This document shows positions 13,401 to 26,503 of a stretch of DNA of 64,000 nt, one piece after another. A program made the position numbers and the translations under genes. The notes below the pieces were generated by a model. It was not told the DNA's origin. It ran no database searches and saw only the letters and a program-made list of their open reading frames with translations. This DNA comes from Styela clava. Lineage: Eukaryota. How positions within the stretch are numbered: the first letter of the stretch is position 1; every line of letters starts with the position of its first letter. The stretch covers positions 6,758,001 to 6,822,000 of the forward strand of contig NC_135259.1 in the NCBI RefSeq assembly GCF_964204865.1. Reading direction: 5' to 3'.

Positions 13401-15024
13401 TTTTTCGAATATTTTTTATGTCATTACTTTAATTTGACTTTCTGTTCTTAGATTACGATTACGTGCTCGTCAAAACCGATCCATCGTAATGCAACCTCGA
13501 TTACATGCCCACAACCAATAATATGATAAAAACAGTTTTAGATCTGCTTGAGTGGAGGAAATGAGTCATCACGATTTGCAAACGCACTACATATAATACC
13601 TTTAATAATTTCCGAAATTCAATAAAAAAAATTCCATAAAATTAAGTAAAGTATCAGAATCAGATGCGAGTTGTCTAGAGAATGTTATGTTGCTTTCATG
13701 TTGAATTTATTCTACAACTATTGCCCGACGAATGAATCAGTGACGTGACGTAAATTTAGTTTCGCGAAACATGCTGGTAGTTCAACAGTGCAGAGTACTG
13801 GCACTTTACACCACACGATTCATTAGGTTTCTGTTAGCATGACAATATCGTAATCAAATACGTTTAAATTTTGTCAATCAAGCACTTATTGGGGAGTGAG
13901 ATCATTGCCACATATCATCAGGATCAGGAACAATTCCAGCATTTTAATATCATAATCATAGTACTACTGCTACGTTACCGGCAGTATAACATATTTATAT
14001 GCAGTTACCGTTACAGTATGTACTGGTGACCGTTAGTAAGGTATGGTGAAATTTGGAAAATTTTGTTGATGCAAATTACAGTTCAGAATCGATGGTTGTA
14101 CCGCAATGTATAACAATGAATTTTTAGCATATTCGATTTAATTTTATACAGATTTCGAGACAGAACCACCAATCATGCAATTACGTTGCACTGTCACTCT
14201 ACATTAGGCAAACGGTATTTCAATTTTGAGTTCAACAGTTACACGATAGATTTAGAAGAGTTTAAATTGAACATGCTATGGCATAGCAAAAATTATGTTT
14301 GTCAAAAAAACAATTCGAGTACAAAACATAAAAAATAAAACATCTTAGGTACCTTTTTCGTCAAAGTGGGCAACGGCGATTTCTCGGATATCACAACGAA
14401 GCAACTCAGCAAGAGCGGTGTATCTCATTTTTAGACCTCCTCTATAGGTGGTCTATTGTAGCGAATTGAATGGCTGTATTGAAATTACGCGCGAACCACA
14501 GAAGCGTGAAATAGTTTCTTTCGTGATCTTCTTGACTGGTTTTAGTGGACATATACTCAGGCTCAATTTCTGCAATCAGAAATCACCGATTTAAAATTGC
14601 ATCTAATTTTGAATGTTTACTTAGTATTTGTATTGAATTTCGGAAATTATCAAGATATAAATATATGTAGGCTAGTACGTTTGCAAACAGGGATGACTCA
14701 TTCATTCCAGCCAAGCAGCTTCAGAGCTGTCCTCATCACCTTGGTTGTGGACATGTAATCGAAGGCGCTAAATGGTCTCTGAAACCACTTCGATTTTTCT
14801 GAACCTTCTCAATGGATCGGTTTTGGCGGACATAATCATATCTATTGTATACTCGGGATTTGAATTTCAATATTATATTTCAGGTTTTCTCTCCAGTCAA
14901 TTTCAATAAAAATACAATAGTAGTGACGAGATTCCCAGAACCCATACAAGCGAGGTACATCAGAATCATTCCTGCTTCATACCATAGTCACATGTCGATG
15001 CGTTTCGACGTCATCAATTGTTAG
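10415..15024 (+). CDS. Secreted collagen-like + coiled-coil + F5/8 type C (discoidin) domain protein, 5 exons
   Basis: Exons 10415-10727, 11189-11221, 11295-11432, 12258-12436, 14884-15024, all GT-AG and phase-consistent. Signal peptide MNWVKLILVVLVLTLSC; 8 Gly-X-Y triplets; heptads LKQMIQNLEDKISTME; discoidin motifs CLLGMKSGMIPDSAITASS, ARL..GAWC, QWVEVDLG...VTGVVTQG, WITSFKIEY, ARYIRIIP, SMRFDVINC*. Confidence 0.9.
11872..12170. mobile_element. Foldback/MULE-like MITE with arrays of subterminal ACAGCGAC repeats
   Basis: Left array (ATAGCGACTGTCAA, ACAGCGAC...) is mirrored by right array (GTCGCTGTTTTGACAGTCGCTAT). Direct repeat TATACTAC at 11864-11871 and 12171-12178 (9 bp with the preceding G). 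Confidence 0.65.
13448..14844. mobile_element. Degenerate inverted-repeat-bounded element in last intron of collagen-discoidin gene
   Basis: AAAACCGATCCAT...CGATTACATGCCCACAACCAA (13448-13518) matches in inverted orientation TTGGTTGTGGACATGTAATCG...ATGGATCGGTTTT (14741-14844). Confidence 0.5.
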
Positions 15025-16056
15025 TAGAGCTGGTCTAAATGAAATTGAATATTGCCTCAAAATTGAATTTAATCTGCAAATATTTCAGTTATTTACAATT
15101 TTACATCCCCAACAGCATAGGTTTTAACTCGTTGAATACTACTGATAAGTTGTTCCTTAACATTGCAAACTTAGTACTTTTCATTGTCATCCTTGGCGAC
15201 CCAAGGTCAAACCAAAATCACCACTGAAAGTTGAAGAAGTCCTTTTTATAAGATGTGTCACAATACCTGTCGTTGGAGCTGTCCTGCGTTAATTTCGTCT
15301 GGAATATATTTTTGCATAGTTTCAAATTCTTGTAATAAGTCTCACAATGATATTATTGATGTTTCAATCATCCACGTACGTATCTCAATTTCAAGATTTT
15401 TGAGTTTCTAAGCAAATATTTCAATAGAGGTATTTTTTTTTTTTGGTAGAATAGTTAATTTATTAGTCGACAGATTTCTTGTAGATTTATCATTTTTAAT
15501 ATTGGAGTCACGCATCCGTGGGGAATGCATTTTTTTCAGCAGCGACCCCTAAACTATACAATACCTAAATACATTATCGATAGAAATATTCATAAAAGTC
15601 AGACCTAGGATCCTGCTTTGTGTCTATTAATGTTATGAGTTCTCTCTGTTTATTTTCCCTCTATATTCAATACCAAACAGAAAACAATATATATTTTGGA
15701 TACTGCATTCTTATTTGACAAAAGTGCAGTCTCGAATAGCATAAACGTATAATGGGAAATGTATAAATACAAATATACTAAACAACAACAATTTTGTCTT
15801 TTGTAAAGAAAAATAGTTTGACTCAGAGCTGTTGATATGACATTCATCTTAATCTTATATCACTTAAAAGAAGGTCATGTACAACCCATGTGTAAGGACT
15901 ATGTTTTTTTGAAAAATCCAGGATTTTATCAATTCCACAGACCCTGTTTAATTTATCGTATTCTGGTAGAAGTAGCGACCATTCCATATAAACCCAACAC
16001 TTTCAAACTACCTCCCAGCTCAACATGCGCAAACGCTTTGTCACAAATAATTGCGT

Positions 16057-19000
16057 TCATGATTTTTTGGGATTTCGTTTGTTATTTCGCGATCGTTTAT
16101 AGGTATCGGTTTTACTACGGCCATATTTTGGTCTAGCTTGTCTCTGATCCTCTCCGTTTGTATAAGTTGATGATTCTCTTTTGTCGTTTGATTTACCATT
16201 GGATCTTTTGGAGGTCATTTTCTCCTCTTCTACCCCTCTTTTACTTCTTTTATTTACCCGTTTTCCTTCTTCAAATTTGCGAGAACTGGATGAAGCATTT
16301 TCCCTCCGTCTTTGTTTTTCCCGATTTTCATGTCGTGTTTTGCTAGTTTTAATTCTTGATAACTCTGTGTCTTCTTCTTGTTTTATTCTTCGTTTATAAT
16401 AATCTCGTTCTCTTGTGGGTTTCCTTCTTTTATAGTCATTTTTTTCATGCCTTCTTGTATGTATTTTCTCTTCTTTCAACTCGTCTTTTTTATTAATTTT
16501 TTCATTATGATTTATATCACGATATGAGGCATTATTCTTCAACTTCTCATCATTTTTATCATTATGGGCAGTGAATTTAGTATCATACTTTTCTGTAATT
16601 TTTTTACCGCAATTCGAGTTTTTTGCAATAGGATCTTCAGGAATTTGATTGGTAGTGATTTGATGTTTAGGCTCTATCATCTCGTAATTGTGAGAATGAT
16701 ATCTCTGTGAAACTTGATTTGAATTCTGTTCTTCTTTAACCATTACGGATCTCGTGATGTCATGTATTTCTGTGTCGTCAGCAATTTCTTTCTTCTTTTT
16801 ATTTTTTCGCCTATTAAAATTAAAAAAGCTACAATGCGCTCATTCATAGGCAAAAGGAAAAGCCCGAATTAAATTATCGCTCATTTAATCGTTTTGATCT
16901 GCCATATAAAATAGGTGCACCAACCCATATTGTATTTGATATTAAGTAAAAAATCATAGCCTTTTTTATCAAACTATCCAAAAATGACCTTGATAACGAA
17001 CGCTCAAAAAAAGATCGATCGAACAATACCTCCTTATTTTGTATGCTGCAAACATCAAAACTGCAGCTACAAGTACAACCGCAACAATGATTGCAATATA
17101 TTTGGCAGTATTCATACCACTGCTCCCTTCGGCTTGTTTTTCAGTCGTCTTAGGTACATTCCTATATCCTGGATAAAGCGTTCGAGTAGGAGGTCTTCGT
17201 GCTGAAAGGCAAATAACGATAATTATGAATAGTATGATAATTGGCCGGATAATCCTGAAACTTACTTCGTAGATGAATACATTTGTTATCGGGTAGTGTT
17301 GAAAAATTTACTTCTTTGTTTTCACGTATTTTTATGTTTTTTAATTTGTGTTGAAAAACTAAACCCTACTTTGATAGTAAAAGTTCCCAAATTTAAAAAC
17401 TCTCTTACTTTTCACTACGATTGGCCTTTTTATGATCCGTTTTGGTGGAATCCATCTTCCTGGAAATGTGGTGGGCCTATGAAATGACGTAACAAATGAT
17501 TTTGTGATTTGACTTATTATATTGTGATTTGCTTCAGGGAAGAAAAGCGTGTTTATAGAAAAGTTTATTATAGGTTTTGTGAGCTTGGGCTTACCTTCGT
17601 TTTAAACAAGTGTCAACTCAATAAATAATTCAATGTTCGTCGACTTCTTTCTATCTCAATGCTATCATAATTGTTTTTTTTATCGATGGAAATGATTTTA
17701 AATGCTTGGCATTAGAGCATACTCAAAGCATATGTAGTAGAGTTTACTTTTCTATGAGGTATTTAACACCTTCATTCTGATAAATTCTCTGAATAGGTAG
17801 CTATGTAAAATGCTCACGATTGTTAGGCCGAAATTAAAATAAGCTTTAATTTACTTGAGAGTAGGCTGAAACTTTTGGGGAACTGGCTTCGCTGGAGTAA
17901 CAAAATTTTCGACTTTTCTTTCGTCATTTGCTTTATCATTTTTTAAATTTTTCAGCTGATTTCTGCGGTTTATACTTTCATTGTCGTTATCGTCAATAGT
18001 GTCATCCGTTGGCATGAGAGATGGCGCTACAGTGGCGCTTGGAACAAAATATTTTCTCCAGAGACCAGCTTTATCCCGCACTGATATAAAAAAAAGAAAA
18101 TTTTATATTTAGTTTTATATTTTAGTTTATATTTATTTAGATCTTTCTTCACTTTAAAATGTCATCAACTAAACTGTAGTTACATTTAATGCTTTTAAAC
18201 AATACCAATTACAGTATTTTTCCGTATTTTTATATAAACATACCATACACATGAACAATATCTTATACTCAAGAGCCAATGTAAAAAACACAGACATCTA
18301 GGTGGAGATACTTTATAATTTAAACTAAAAAATCGTAATTACTTACATACTTCAGATGTAGGTTCAGTAGTTTGAGTGTATGTAAACTTAAAACCTCTGT
18401 AAGGAATTCCAATATCTACGGAATCCGATTCCAGTTTGATTCGTAGGGTGTTAGCTGTAGGCATAAAAAATTAGATATATTTAATCTTTGCGAAGAAATG
18501 ATGATAAATATCATATCAGTAACAAACGGAAATGGTAAAATAGAAGTTTAAAAGCATGTGATGGCAAACGATGATGAGATGGTCACGAATATGGCTGAGG
18601 ATGAGTGTGGGGTTTTGTGTGGTAATGAAGTAGTTCGCAATGGATTACTTGGAGTGATTTATTTTTAGGCTTGTTCATGGGGCATATTTAACTGTCCCAT
18701 TCCCATCCCACCGCATAGCAAATATGCCTGTCCCCTCCCATCCCATGTGATTCCCATTGGAATACAATTAAATAAAAATTCTTTCCGGTTTCGAGTCTAC
18801 TGAATAGGACTACATGTACGAAGAGACATGCGAAAAAATAAAGTTTAGGGACTTTGTCAAGTTCATATTCATAACTATTATACATGTGTCCATCAGCCCG
18901 TTCACGAAGTATATTGTTAATGCTGAATATATTTTTCTCTTTATAACTAACAAGAGAGCTATGCTTTAATATATGGACACGAAATCCATAACGAAATGTT

Positions 19001-20825
19001 TTACCATTATTTCTCCAAAAATCATACGGTTTTCGTGCCGCACGTGTCCCATGAGAAATACAAATGTTTGCTGTCCCATCCCATTCCCATGGACAGACCT
19101 GTTTATTTTAGAATCAAAAATTCTACCTAAATGAAGATGGAAGTGGGTCGGACACAAAATTGAAAATTTCAGTCTTACAAACCTTTTTGGTTTTGTTTCA
19201 CTCAACATTTCTTTAAATGAAATGACTAACCTGAAGATATTATTTCTTCTTTGGGCATTTTTCCACATAATGGCCCGTATTTCTTCCCAGTATAATCATC
19301 GGTGAAAAGAAGATATTGCATTTTACAGTTGCTATTTTGATTCAATAGATAAAAATCTCTTATCTTTGCTTTCACTCTGAATCCTCTTGGAGCATGGATT
19401 CTGAAGAAATATTTAAATAAGCGATCAGCGCCATAATATCTGTGTATAGTTATATTGCAGCTAAAATTTCACAAATGTCATTTGCCTAGCTCGGCGCATT
19501 GGGAATCAATTAAAACATGAGAGAAAGTTTTTAGCCTTAGGTACTGTAAACCTGAATGCAATTGGGTCGGCAATCGAAGAGAAATGTCGAGGCGATTTTA
19601 TGTTTAGTAATCATAGGTGGCATCTGTAAACGACATTTAATTAAATGTCAGAAGAAGAACCTCATAAATATGACATATAAGAATACTATTGTCTTGGTGA
19701 GTGACTAAACGTTACGAACATGTATTGGCTTTTATATAACGGTAAAAAAAATGATGACCCCACCACCATCACCATAAGGTTCAACAAACTGATTCCGTTA
19801 CAGCTCACAACACCATCTGTGCCTATGCATCTGTTATCTATTTTCACGTCGCATTAAATTTGATAATTTCAAAACATGTCGTAAATCGCGACTTAATTGG
19901 GCGATTTAATTAATGTTATATCACATCGTTGGCTCTGATGAATATGGAATTCTTTCAATTATTGTCACAACTTTATAAAAGATGTAAACATTGTTCTAGG
20001 TACTCACAACCAAGTGCATTGTGTTTGTTCAGGAAATTCACCGGGATAACCAGGACTTGTAAACTCTTTCATTAGCGCATTTGCCATTAATTTCGTCAGT
20101 CCACATGCTAAATATAAAATTGTAAACATTTTTAACACCAGAATATTATTTCAAATACTCAGCATTGCACCAGTTCGTCATATAAATACAGTAAGGCGGA
20201 GGAAGATGGACCACCTTATTGAAAATTACCTATATTTCGAAAACCTTCCGTCGAATATTCCCAAAACTCGTCTAGTACTCTCGTACATTCTCAACTCTTT
20301 ACCCATTCGGCGATGTCTGCCGGTCGCCAACCCTCGCAACGGCAGAGTTTTTTTTTTGCTAAAAAAGTCATCGGGGAGGATTGGACTGTACTGAAAATTT
20401 GTTCTGCTTCACCTCAGAATATCAAAATAAACGATATATTTGAAAGAATCTCAGTCCATTAAAAAATTCACCCCGTGTCCATCTTACCCTATAGATTTTC
20501 GCAGACAATTATGGGGCATAACCCATAAAAGTATCGAAAAACACTCTCTAATAAAGGAGTAATATTTTATTCGCTTGCACTATTTAAACTAATCTCAATC
20601 ATAACAACAAAAGAACTCGTGGGATTGAGTGAAGGTCATGGTAGTAAAATTTAGCATGCTATGTGGAAGAACATATTACATTTGGCAGATATACTACTTT
20701 TTTTTCGTCATTTATTTTAATCCATACTCACATGTTGTTTTCGGTTTTCCGCTTCGCTTTGGGGGAGCACTAAATGCTGTGGTAAACGTCAGAAACAAAA
20801 TCAAATAGCAATATTTACCACGCAT
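16057..20825 (-). CDS. Type I membrane protein: signal peptide, one CUB domain, Pro/Thr/basic stalk, TM helix, long charged cytoplasmic tail; 8 exons
   Basis: Phase-consistent exons 20825-20732, 20107-20008, 19400-19231, 18454-18347, 18080-17855, 17476-17409, 17201-17030, 16810-16057. CUB motifs SCG...FTSPGYPGEFPEQTQCTWLIHAPRG...C...GPLCG...LRIKLESD...RGFKFTY. TM segment YIAIIVAVVLVAAVLMFAAY followed by KIRRRKNKKKK. Confidence 0.85.
18666..19101. mobile_element. hAT-type MITE with 8-bp TSD, in CUB gene intron 3
   Basis: TIRs TAGGCTTGTTCATGGG / CCCATGGACAGACCTG, TSD TTTATTTT at 18658-18665 and 19102-19109, and internal GTCCCATCCCAT repeats. Confidence 0.75.
20189..20490. mobile_element. Degenerate TA-flanked MITE relic in CUB gene intron 1
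   Basis: TA|CAGTAAGGCGGAGGAAGATGGAC ... GTCCATCTTACCCT partial inverted repeat. Confidence 0.3.
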
Positions 20826-23800
20826 ATTTTAAATCTTTTTATTTGCATCCTGCACGTAAATTAAGTTCAATTGACGTTTACAAATGTTGTATTCACGTGT
20901 GTTATATCGTTCTCGAGTGCTAATTTTTTCAATGTTCTACAAGAGTCAGGATGAGCCACCAAGCCATATGTCATGTGTTTAATTTCAATTTTAGAACCCC
21001 ATAATATTGCAATGCAATAGTTTGGTCACTTATTTATACGATTACAATTGCCTATAATGTGCGCTGAGATCACAATGACTCATTGTCAACGAATATCCAT
21101 CGGAAAAAGCCAATTCTAATCCACTCTGCGCTTTTAAATGTGACGACAGTCTTTGATTAAATACACACCAACAGTCGGAAAAGATAAACTATGCTACAGG
21201 TATTGAACTATATAAAACATTTTCCTTATTATACTTTCACTCATTCCTCCCATCTGGGTTTATATTTGGCGCTCCCACATTATACATTACACTTTTTCAA
21301 TACGTAAAAATATTATTAATATAATTCTACAAATTGAGTCTTCACAGCTCTCTCCAATAAACATTAACTAAATCAACTACGTTGTTTGTTCTGTCATATT
21401 TCAATGTGATAATTATATCCTTGCAAGAACTATTTGATAATCTATCTGGATTCGCCAGTTTTATGATAATAGCCTGGAGCAAAATATGGCGGCGTTAAGA
21501 CTCAGAAGCCCACAAAACGCGTAGTGTAATTGTATTCGTCCGTTGTTGTTATCATCAACCGTAATCTGATTTTGTTTTAACATTGCACCAAAAGTATATT
21601 TTCACTGAAATGTAACCGCATGTCTGGATGGCGCTGTAACCAGATTGCTCCTCCGGCGCTAAGCGGTTGTGAATTAATCGTCTACTTGTCAGACTTTCAA
21701 TTGAATATCAACATTAATGTAATAAAAATGTCAATTATAATTTATATATGTTTTTTTTACGTTTCTATAGTATATCAAGAATTCAACTGAAAAACGCCAT
21801 ACCAAGTGAACTTTCGTTCTATATTATATAAATTCAATACACTGATGTAGACGTCCGTCTCTGAATTGGTAACTTAAACTACAATTTTCGGGAGGACCGA
21901 ACTTCTAAGGTTTGTCACCACTACCCAAATTTATTGCAACGTCGGTGAGAGTTAGAGCGTGGGGATTGAAATTGTGACATTTTCTATATATACGACGACA
22001 GCGCGGCCGGTTTCTATAAATATGGCAATCGCATCCACTTTATTGTCCCAATTATCTGAATACATTTATTGTAAACAATGGTCATTTTCACGTCGACTAA
22101 TTAAATAGTGATAAAACTTAATAAACGTAATATTAAAGTTTTAGCTAGAACAATATTTAGAGTTTCCAACCACTTTGTATTATGTTCAATAAATACGAGG
22201 GCTGGTCGAGCTGATGCTGTTGAGTCATTTACCACGTCTATCAGGCAGGAGCAATATTTTTTTATCCACATTTTAAGAAAGTAAGGTACCCTGCACTCAC
22301 CCCAATGTGCGCATATTCGTTTATTCGAGAAGCTGTTGAGCAATAACCACTCGTTAACCCATAGCAAAAAATAGAACTTGTATTTTGAGTGGAGTACATG
22401 GTAGCCTATCTGCTTTTTTTATTAATTCTTTATTGGTTTACATTTGATTGCTTGGATTTATGAAACAAAAGGTTGTGGTAATAAACCTAATTTTATTGTA
22501 CAACTCATTCTCAACCGGATGTGTCTAAAAACACAAAGGTCGTAAAGGATAATAAATAATGAATAAAAAGTACACACCGTTAAATAAAATAATTCATCAT
22601 TCTTTTGTCTTATGCTGTACCAGCGATTTAGAGTTTTAGATTAGAGAAGCATCGTGAACTGATATTAACCGAAAATTGATTGAGGTGCACGTAAGTGTTT
22701 TAATGCACGTGGTGTAGATACATAGTTTTTATTTCTGTGTCCAAAACAATCTTCACAAAAAGAATGAAACCCTACTTTACAAGAATTATCGAATAGGAAG
22801 CAAAATACTATATACCAAGTGTAAAACGTGTGCAAAGCATACAGAAACCTCGTCAACAAACGGCATTTTTACAAGGAGCAGTTGAATTAATCTATATCCA
22901 ATTAGAATATGTCTGATTAGATTCTTCTTTGATGACGACCGATTTGCATAAATATTCCCTCACATTCAAGCCTTCAATTTGTGGTCTACCTAACACGGGC
23001 TAAATGGCTCTCACTGTTCATAAAGATACTTTATTTTGTTGCTTGCATGCTTTTAATAAAATGTATAGAATCTTTGAATCGTTTTTTGTTGGAAATAAGA
23101 AGTGGTTAGTTAGTATATTCCTTATTACCAACTGTTTCGCTTGATGTTGCGCCATTTTGTATTTGTAGGTATTTTCTCGTTGGTTTGAAGGATGATAAGT
23201 GTTTGTAGAGAGTGTGATGTTTTATTGTTGATACATATTCGACGAAACGAAGTACAAATAGATCTTTTTGTTTCTTTGATCCCCAAATTCTGATATCTGA
23301 AAACAATATGACATATAATAAACAATATAACAACAGCAAGTTACATTTGGACCTTTCTTTAATAACAAAAAGCAAGCTTAATTTAATGTTTTGTCTTTGT
23401 TATTGTGATATCCGTGTCCTGGTACTTCTTACGAGGGATTCTACATACGCATGTTGGTTGCGTCCGTTTGCTAAGCAAACAAAAACCGTCGCTACCGCCG
23501 TCGAGTGTCGGTGGCGCTTTCAAGAGCGGTGGGAAAATCGCGCATGTAGCAAGAGGTTTGTGATCCGTGCTTGATTCATTATGACACTATTTTTCCAAGG
23601 CGATTTGCCTAGGCAGAAACAACATCAATTCAACTAGGGACCCCAGAAGCGTTTTTCTTCAGTTAATCCATTGCGAGTGTTAGCAATGTAGACTCTTGTT
23701 CTATGAAAACCATTTAAATTAGCTCCCTTGCTGCGCAACGTGTACGTAAACTCGAGATCCAATCCATTACGTCGACTGAAGTGGGGATATTCTGCCATCG

Positions 23801-24889
23801 ACGGCGTCACAGTTCTGTACGGCACGAACTGACGCCAATAAGAGGATCTTAGGCTGGTCAACACCTGCCCACACGTCTGGAAATCAACAGTCTTGAATGA
23901 AGAAAATTTAATTAAATTCATGCTCATTCATTTCATATGCATCCGATTTGTTTGGTTGTGTTACGAAAACCACATTACGCCATCCAAAGTGTGCCATCCA
24001 CACACGTGACGATAGTGCAATGGTGTTTAAAAGATCAATTAGTTCTCGCAGGCTTATAAAAAAACATGGACTTTTTTTCGATTTTCCACAATTGTCGAAT
24101 CCGTACCATACAAAAACGGAGCAGTTGTCTGATTTAAAATATAAAATACACGAGTCAGTGGGCATAGCCATAATTCATAAGTCCATCGAAAGATAAACCC
24201 TCGTGAGAAAATGAAAGTCGCTGATTCACAAGGTCGACGGTACTCAAGTGGATTTAAGTCGAGTGCGTGTTGCACAACACCGTTTTGCTACTTGTAACAG
24301 ATTTATTTTGGACCGAATATCACTATTCCTCATTAGCTACAATACTAGTTATATAGTCTCATACATAGCAGGAACATATTCTAAAAATTTAGTGATGCTA
24401 ACACTGAGAGTACAACTCAATCTTTGTAATTCGGTCGGTTCGGTAATTCTAAAATGAGGAATAAACATTGGGCTAATAATCTGGCAAATTGATACTAATG
24501 TGACAATCCTGTATGGAAAGCAATATAGACATAAATATTAATTTCGGATAACAAGTTATAATGGAACACAAATATGTGCTGTCTGATTCCAGATACAGTC
24601 GAGTAACTTCTCATGATTTGTGAGGAAAATTTTTGCGAGAATGTTCAAATACCATAAAATCCACAGTCAACTCTTGCCATAGGTAATTAAGTGAACTTTA
24701 GCACGATCATAAACAAAACGATATCATGAAAGTAGATATAAATCTGATCACAATTTTTAAAATAATTGGTCTCTAAAAGATTGTAGCAACTCCTGAAACA
24801 CCTATACAAACGAAGACGTAACTGATGCGTGTTGTTATATTGGACAAAACAAACAAATTTAGAGGGATATTTTGTTAACACTTCCAATT

Positions 24890-26386
24890 ATGAGATTTTA
24901 TAATTTTGCTGTTAGTCTACGTCATTTTAGCTTCGTTTCAGCTGTTCCTAGCAACTGCTGCGTATCCAATTAATGACTGGCCAAAGTTTGTTGAAATGTA
25001 CCGGTGCTCTTGCCAATGGAATGATAATCTTGGTAAAAATCCAGGCGTAAATATCCCGAATTATGAGTTATTTTGTTACGCAAATGTAAGCATTGTTGCC
25101 TTCTGCTTGAAATAATCCAGATATACACAGCTGGCACACACTGCGTGCTGCATCAATATTTGGATTCCATTACTTGACTTTTTGATTGAGTTAATATCGT
25201 AATCGGAATTTTGTCAAGCAAGCATTCTTGTATATATATATATACGTCATTGTATGGGAATCCATCGATTCGTGAATAAATTTTCCAACATTTGCCGCCA
25301 CCCTATAGTTAATATAAAAATCGTAATCAAAATTGACAGTCACAATAACCTAATAAGAAATACAAATTGAAGAAAGCACAATGTCTTTACAAATCATGTG
25401 CGCAGGTGACATAAAGTTTGACAAACGAAGCGGGCGGTGTCCCTATTCGCATCATATCATTTTAAAGAATCACTTGATTAAAGTTGGATGTATTCGAAAA
25501 GCGCAAAGAAATTGTTGAGTTGAGTCAACAACTATTAAATATGATTTTATTTGTAAACAAACGACAAATTTCCTATAGCTAATAATTGCCTCACAATAAG
25601 CAAATTGACTTACTGGGAGGCGCATTTGCGTTAGTTTTGTATTGCCGTCACGCCATGGATATGTAAGTATGGCTGACAATGCTTACCTTGCGCCTCGCGG
25701 TTTTATAACTGGTAACATCCAAACAAACACGACCTATTATTTCATTGACAATTTGCCGGAAACGTGGGGCTGGTGTAGCCAAACCAAACCTTGGACTACC
25801 TTTACAATAATAAACAGGGTACCCCAACAGGTGTGACATTATATGAGTAGATAAACAAGTCGTGTGCGACCCGTTTTACGGTTAGTGACTGTACAAAGAG
25901 AACTAGCACACATGATGATACACATGTTGATGGTACTAACTATGTGCGTATGACGTGTGGTAAGGCATGTGAAAGAAGATTTACGCCACAATACATATGC
26001 TAAGTCCTATCTGTCCAGAGTGTCAGTAGAGAATAATTACTTTGACTGAGATATGTATCACAGAGGAATTTATGTATTGCTTTTTGATATTGAATTCCAA
26101 AACACAATATTGCGTGTGGTCCACAGTACCGTTAACGTCTGTCTTCGTGTAATAAATTACAAAATAATATCTAAATGAATACTCAGATATATGTACTGAT
26201 AAGTTCTACCGAAATTGAAACAGTACTATCGCTTTTGCGCAATGAAATGAATTCGCCTGAAATAAAGGTGAAACTGGATTCAGTATTGAAGATCAATAGG
26301 CATTCGTCAAAAACGTCACTTACATTTTCCCTTTTGTTTAGCATCTAGGACTACTTCCACCTGGGCACATTTTTACCGTTTTCTAA
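24890..26386 (+). pseudogene. Disrupted small secreted orphan gene (3 putative exons)
   Basis: ATG 24890 reads MRFIILLLVYVILASFQLFLATAAYP... only if one T of TTTT (24896-24899) is removed; donor GTAAGC follows 25085. Exon 2 (25579-25830) has two in-frame stops before an open stretch ending QQ|GTGTGA. Exon 3 HLGLLPPGHIFTVF* follows the acceptor ending at ~26341. Confidence 0.4.
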
Positions 26387-26503
26387 CTGACGGGTTATAA
26401 TTTACCGGAATTGATCAATACAGTAAGATTGCCGGCATGAATGATCACACTCCTTCGTTTATACATGGGTCGACATGAACTAGTAAATAACTGAGTGTTT
26501 AAT

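Noticed and set aside
10415-20825. Collagen-discoidin protein and the convergent CUB receptor as a ligand-receptor pair
   Set aside because: Attractive because CUB domains bind collagen lysines, but this CUB lacks most of the acidic Ca-binding residues needed, and adjacency alone is not evidence in a metazoan genome.
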